Assembly (NCBI GenBank): GCA_965116585.1
Contig: OZ220714.1
Span: 2,396,115-2,460,114 of the forward strand
Reading direction: 5' to 3'
Length of the DNA stretch: 64,000 nt
From: Gammaproteobacteria bacterium
GTDB taxonomy: Bacteria; Pseudomonadota; Gammaproteobacteria; Eutrophobiales; Eutrophobiaceae
This document shows positions 63,601 through 64,000 of this stretch, in pieces. Numbering within the stretch: the stretch's first letter is position 1; the number at the start of each line of letters is the position of its first letter. Below the pieces are notes generated by a model. It did no database searches and was not told the origin of the DNA. It was given only the letters and a program-made list of their open reading frames with translations. The translations under genes were made by a program, and so were the position numbers.

Positions 63601-64000
63601 GCTGGTGTGCCCAGATTGGACGCAATGGGTAATCCATTCGTTGATGGTACTAACGTTGAGCATGAGGACGACAACCCGAATGCCAATGGCGCTGCGGGTG
63701 ACAGGCTGGGCAGTATCGAGAACCTGACCGGTTCCAACCAGAAGGACATGCTGACCGGCGATGCCAACCCCAACGTCCTCAAGGGCATGGGCGGCGATGA
63801 TACGCTGAGCGGTGGCACTGGTGGCGAAGATAAGCTCTATGGTGGAGACGGTGATGATATGCTGACCGGCTCTGGTAGCGATGGTGACATGCTGGATGGC
63901 GGAGCAGGCGATGATACGATCATCGGCAGCACTGGTGATGATACGATCACCGGCGGCGCCGGCGATGACGACCTGAGCGGCGGCACTGGCAATGATACAT
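60685..64000 (+). CDS. giant RTX (hemolysin-type calcium-binding GGxGxDxUx repeat) protein, N-terminal PPC-like domain; 3' end beyond window
   Basis: Hand translation from ATG 60685 is open for 1105 codons to the window end. N-terminus has G.I..RGDEDWIAIELSEGKEYTITV...DSVLKLLDGKG...YYISVSGY (pre-peptidase C-terminal-like), then dozens of GG[AD]G[ND]D nonapeptides. Not in the ORF track because no stop occurs in the window. Confidence 0.85.
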   Translation, partial: MPYKVETMLMGGDAPNDTSTELCFNPPNGPFEGNEVTGTITTRGDEDWIAIELSEGKEYTITVATRHTMDADDTVDSDEDGTDDNDRDAGGLNDSVLKLLDGKGGVIDMNDDIDAAKGMLNSELKFTPEAGSGTQKYYISVSGYTGNPGANNTGGYTVSVSEKAVLAVGSGVGIPGTDNADKLFGTDLSESITGMGGDDTIDGMGGDDTIDGGDGNDLLIGGKGADKLTGGDGDMDTISYRGSVAGVTINLSDGTARGGDAEGDTISDDIENVIGSEHDDMLTGNRAVNSLWGLGGNDELDGGRRNDKLYGGAGDDMLDGGAGNDTLEGGYGADMLTGGEGDDTASYSMSMMGVTVRLHSGQAMGGDAEGDTWNLSVPQTYTNGDEEEVEVNLADIINLTGSANDDILAGDMRDNIIMGGAGNDRIYGGPNPADADTESDAGLSNADTLHGDGGDDRIFGGIGGDILRGGAGDDMLHGGPGNDTFWGGHGSDMIYADAMDTHIYGNRPDNTEPDGTVIDPATADVDESMEMEGDVDTVSYARLEEGITRTLGSDGTGSADATDGTNILIMGIENIIGTQGDDTITGDTGANVIEGGEGGDDLDGGDGIDTLSYESSDDWVRVTLNGASAATTSRGHASGDEAENFENLTGSAYDDDLTGDDVAAGNVIKGLAGDDDIEGMGGNDTIEGGAGADELDGGYTPVNAAGTDAGTSPADDGNRNFEANTLSYANSDAGVTVNLATASASGGHATGDTIATYEELSPTTEDPDNEVDVATFAHVVGSMYGDRLTGDKQDNHLTGGGGDDTLRSGAGADRVIGGPGADVLDGGEDMGEKNDMVPNPAFDATLDESDANPRMVAASVDWAVYKHAAAGVTVDLSTGMGTGGEAMGDTLMNIELIWGSEHADTFIASSGADTIEGDGGSDTVSYEASSMGVTVNLGESTQHRIATATGTGTEADPFVFPVDDPATVVRPTAGVPRLDAMGNPFVDGTNVEHEDDNPNANGAAGDRLGSIENLTGSNQKDMLTGDANPNVLKGMGGDDTLSGGTGGEDKLYGGDGDDMLTGSGSDGDMLDGGAGDDTIIGSTGDDTITGGAGDDDLSGGTGNDT

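Overview
High-GC (~62%) gammaproteobacterial chromosomal window, mostly housekeeping genes. Gene order: petB(partial)-petA (minus) | bamD (+) | nadE, sucD, sucC (minus) | small Zn-ribbon protein (+) | suhB (minus) | trmJ (+) | a complete dcw cell-division/cell-wall cluster on the + strand (mraZ, rsmH, ftsL, ftsI, murE, murF, mraY, murD, ftsW, murG, murC, murB, ddl, ftsQ, ftsA, ftsZ, lpxC) | DUF721 (minus) | M23 peptidase, secA, argJ, mutT/thiE-fusion (+) | zapD, coaE, pilD, clpB (minus) | an IS256-family insertion that splits yfiH/pgeF | rluD (minus) | degS/algW-like (+) | hisD, hisG, murA, ibaG, mlaC, MMPL/RND exporter (minus) | DUF4399 (+) | purN, pdxB, secF, secD, yajC, msrB, mltF, EgtD-like methyltransferase (minus) | TPR/TonB-C-like secreted protein (+) | a ~740-bp AT-rich island with tandem sigma70-like promoters | the 5' 3.3 kb of a giant RTX (GGxGxD nonapeptide) protein with an N-terminal PPC-like domain, running off the window. 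No rRNA, tRNA or CRISPR seen. The most unusual content is non-coding: at least four families of short dispersed repeats sit in almost every intergenic gap. They are (i) a MITE-like family whose terminal inverted repeats are arrays of the heptamer AATTARG, (ii) a nested-palindrome element with core GTGCTCCCTCAACC (2 copies; stems co-vary), (iii) a 26-bp REP-like hairpin CCCATTCCTGCGCAAGCAGGAATCTC (5 copies at gene 3' ends), and (iv) an AGGGCRCCTCTAAAAATTAGAGG palindrome that donates the C-terminal codons KG[A/T]SKN-stop to two unrelated ORFs. The supplied ORF track uses alternative start codons printed as M (checked: sucD ORF starts TTG, ddl GTG), so several starts were re-assessed by hand. Most opposite-strand ORFs in the track are high-GC artefacts.
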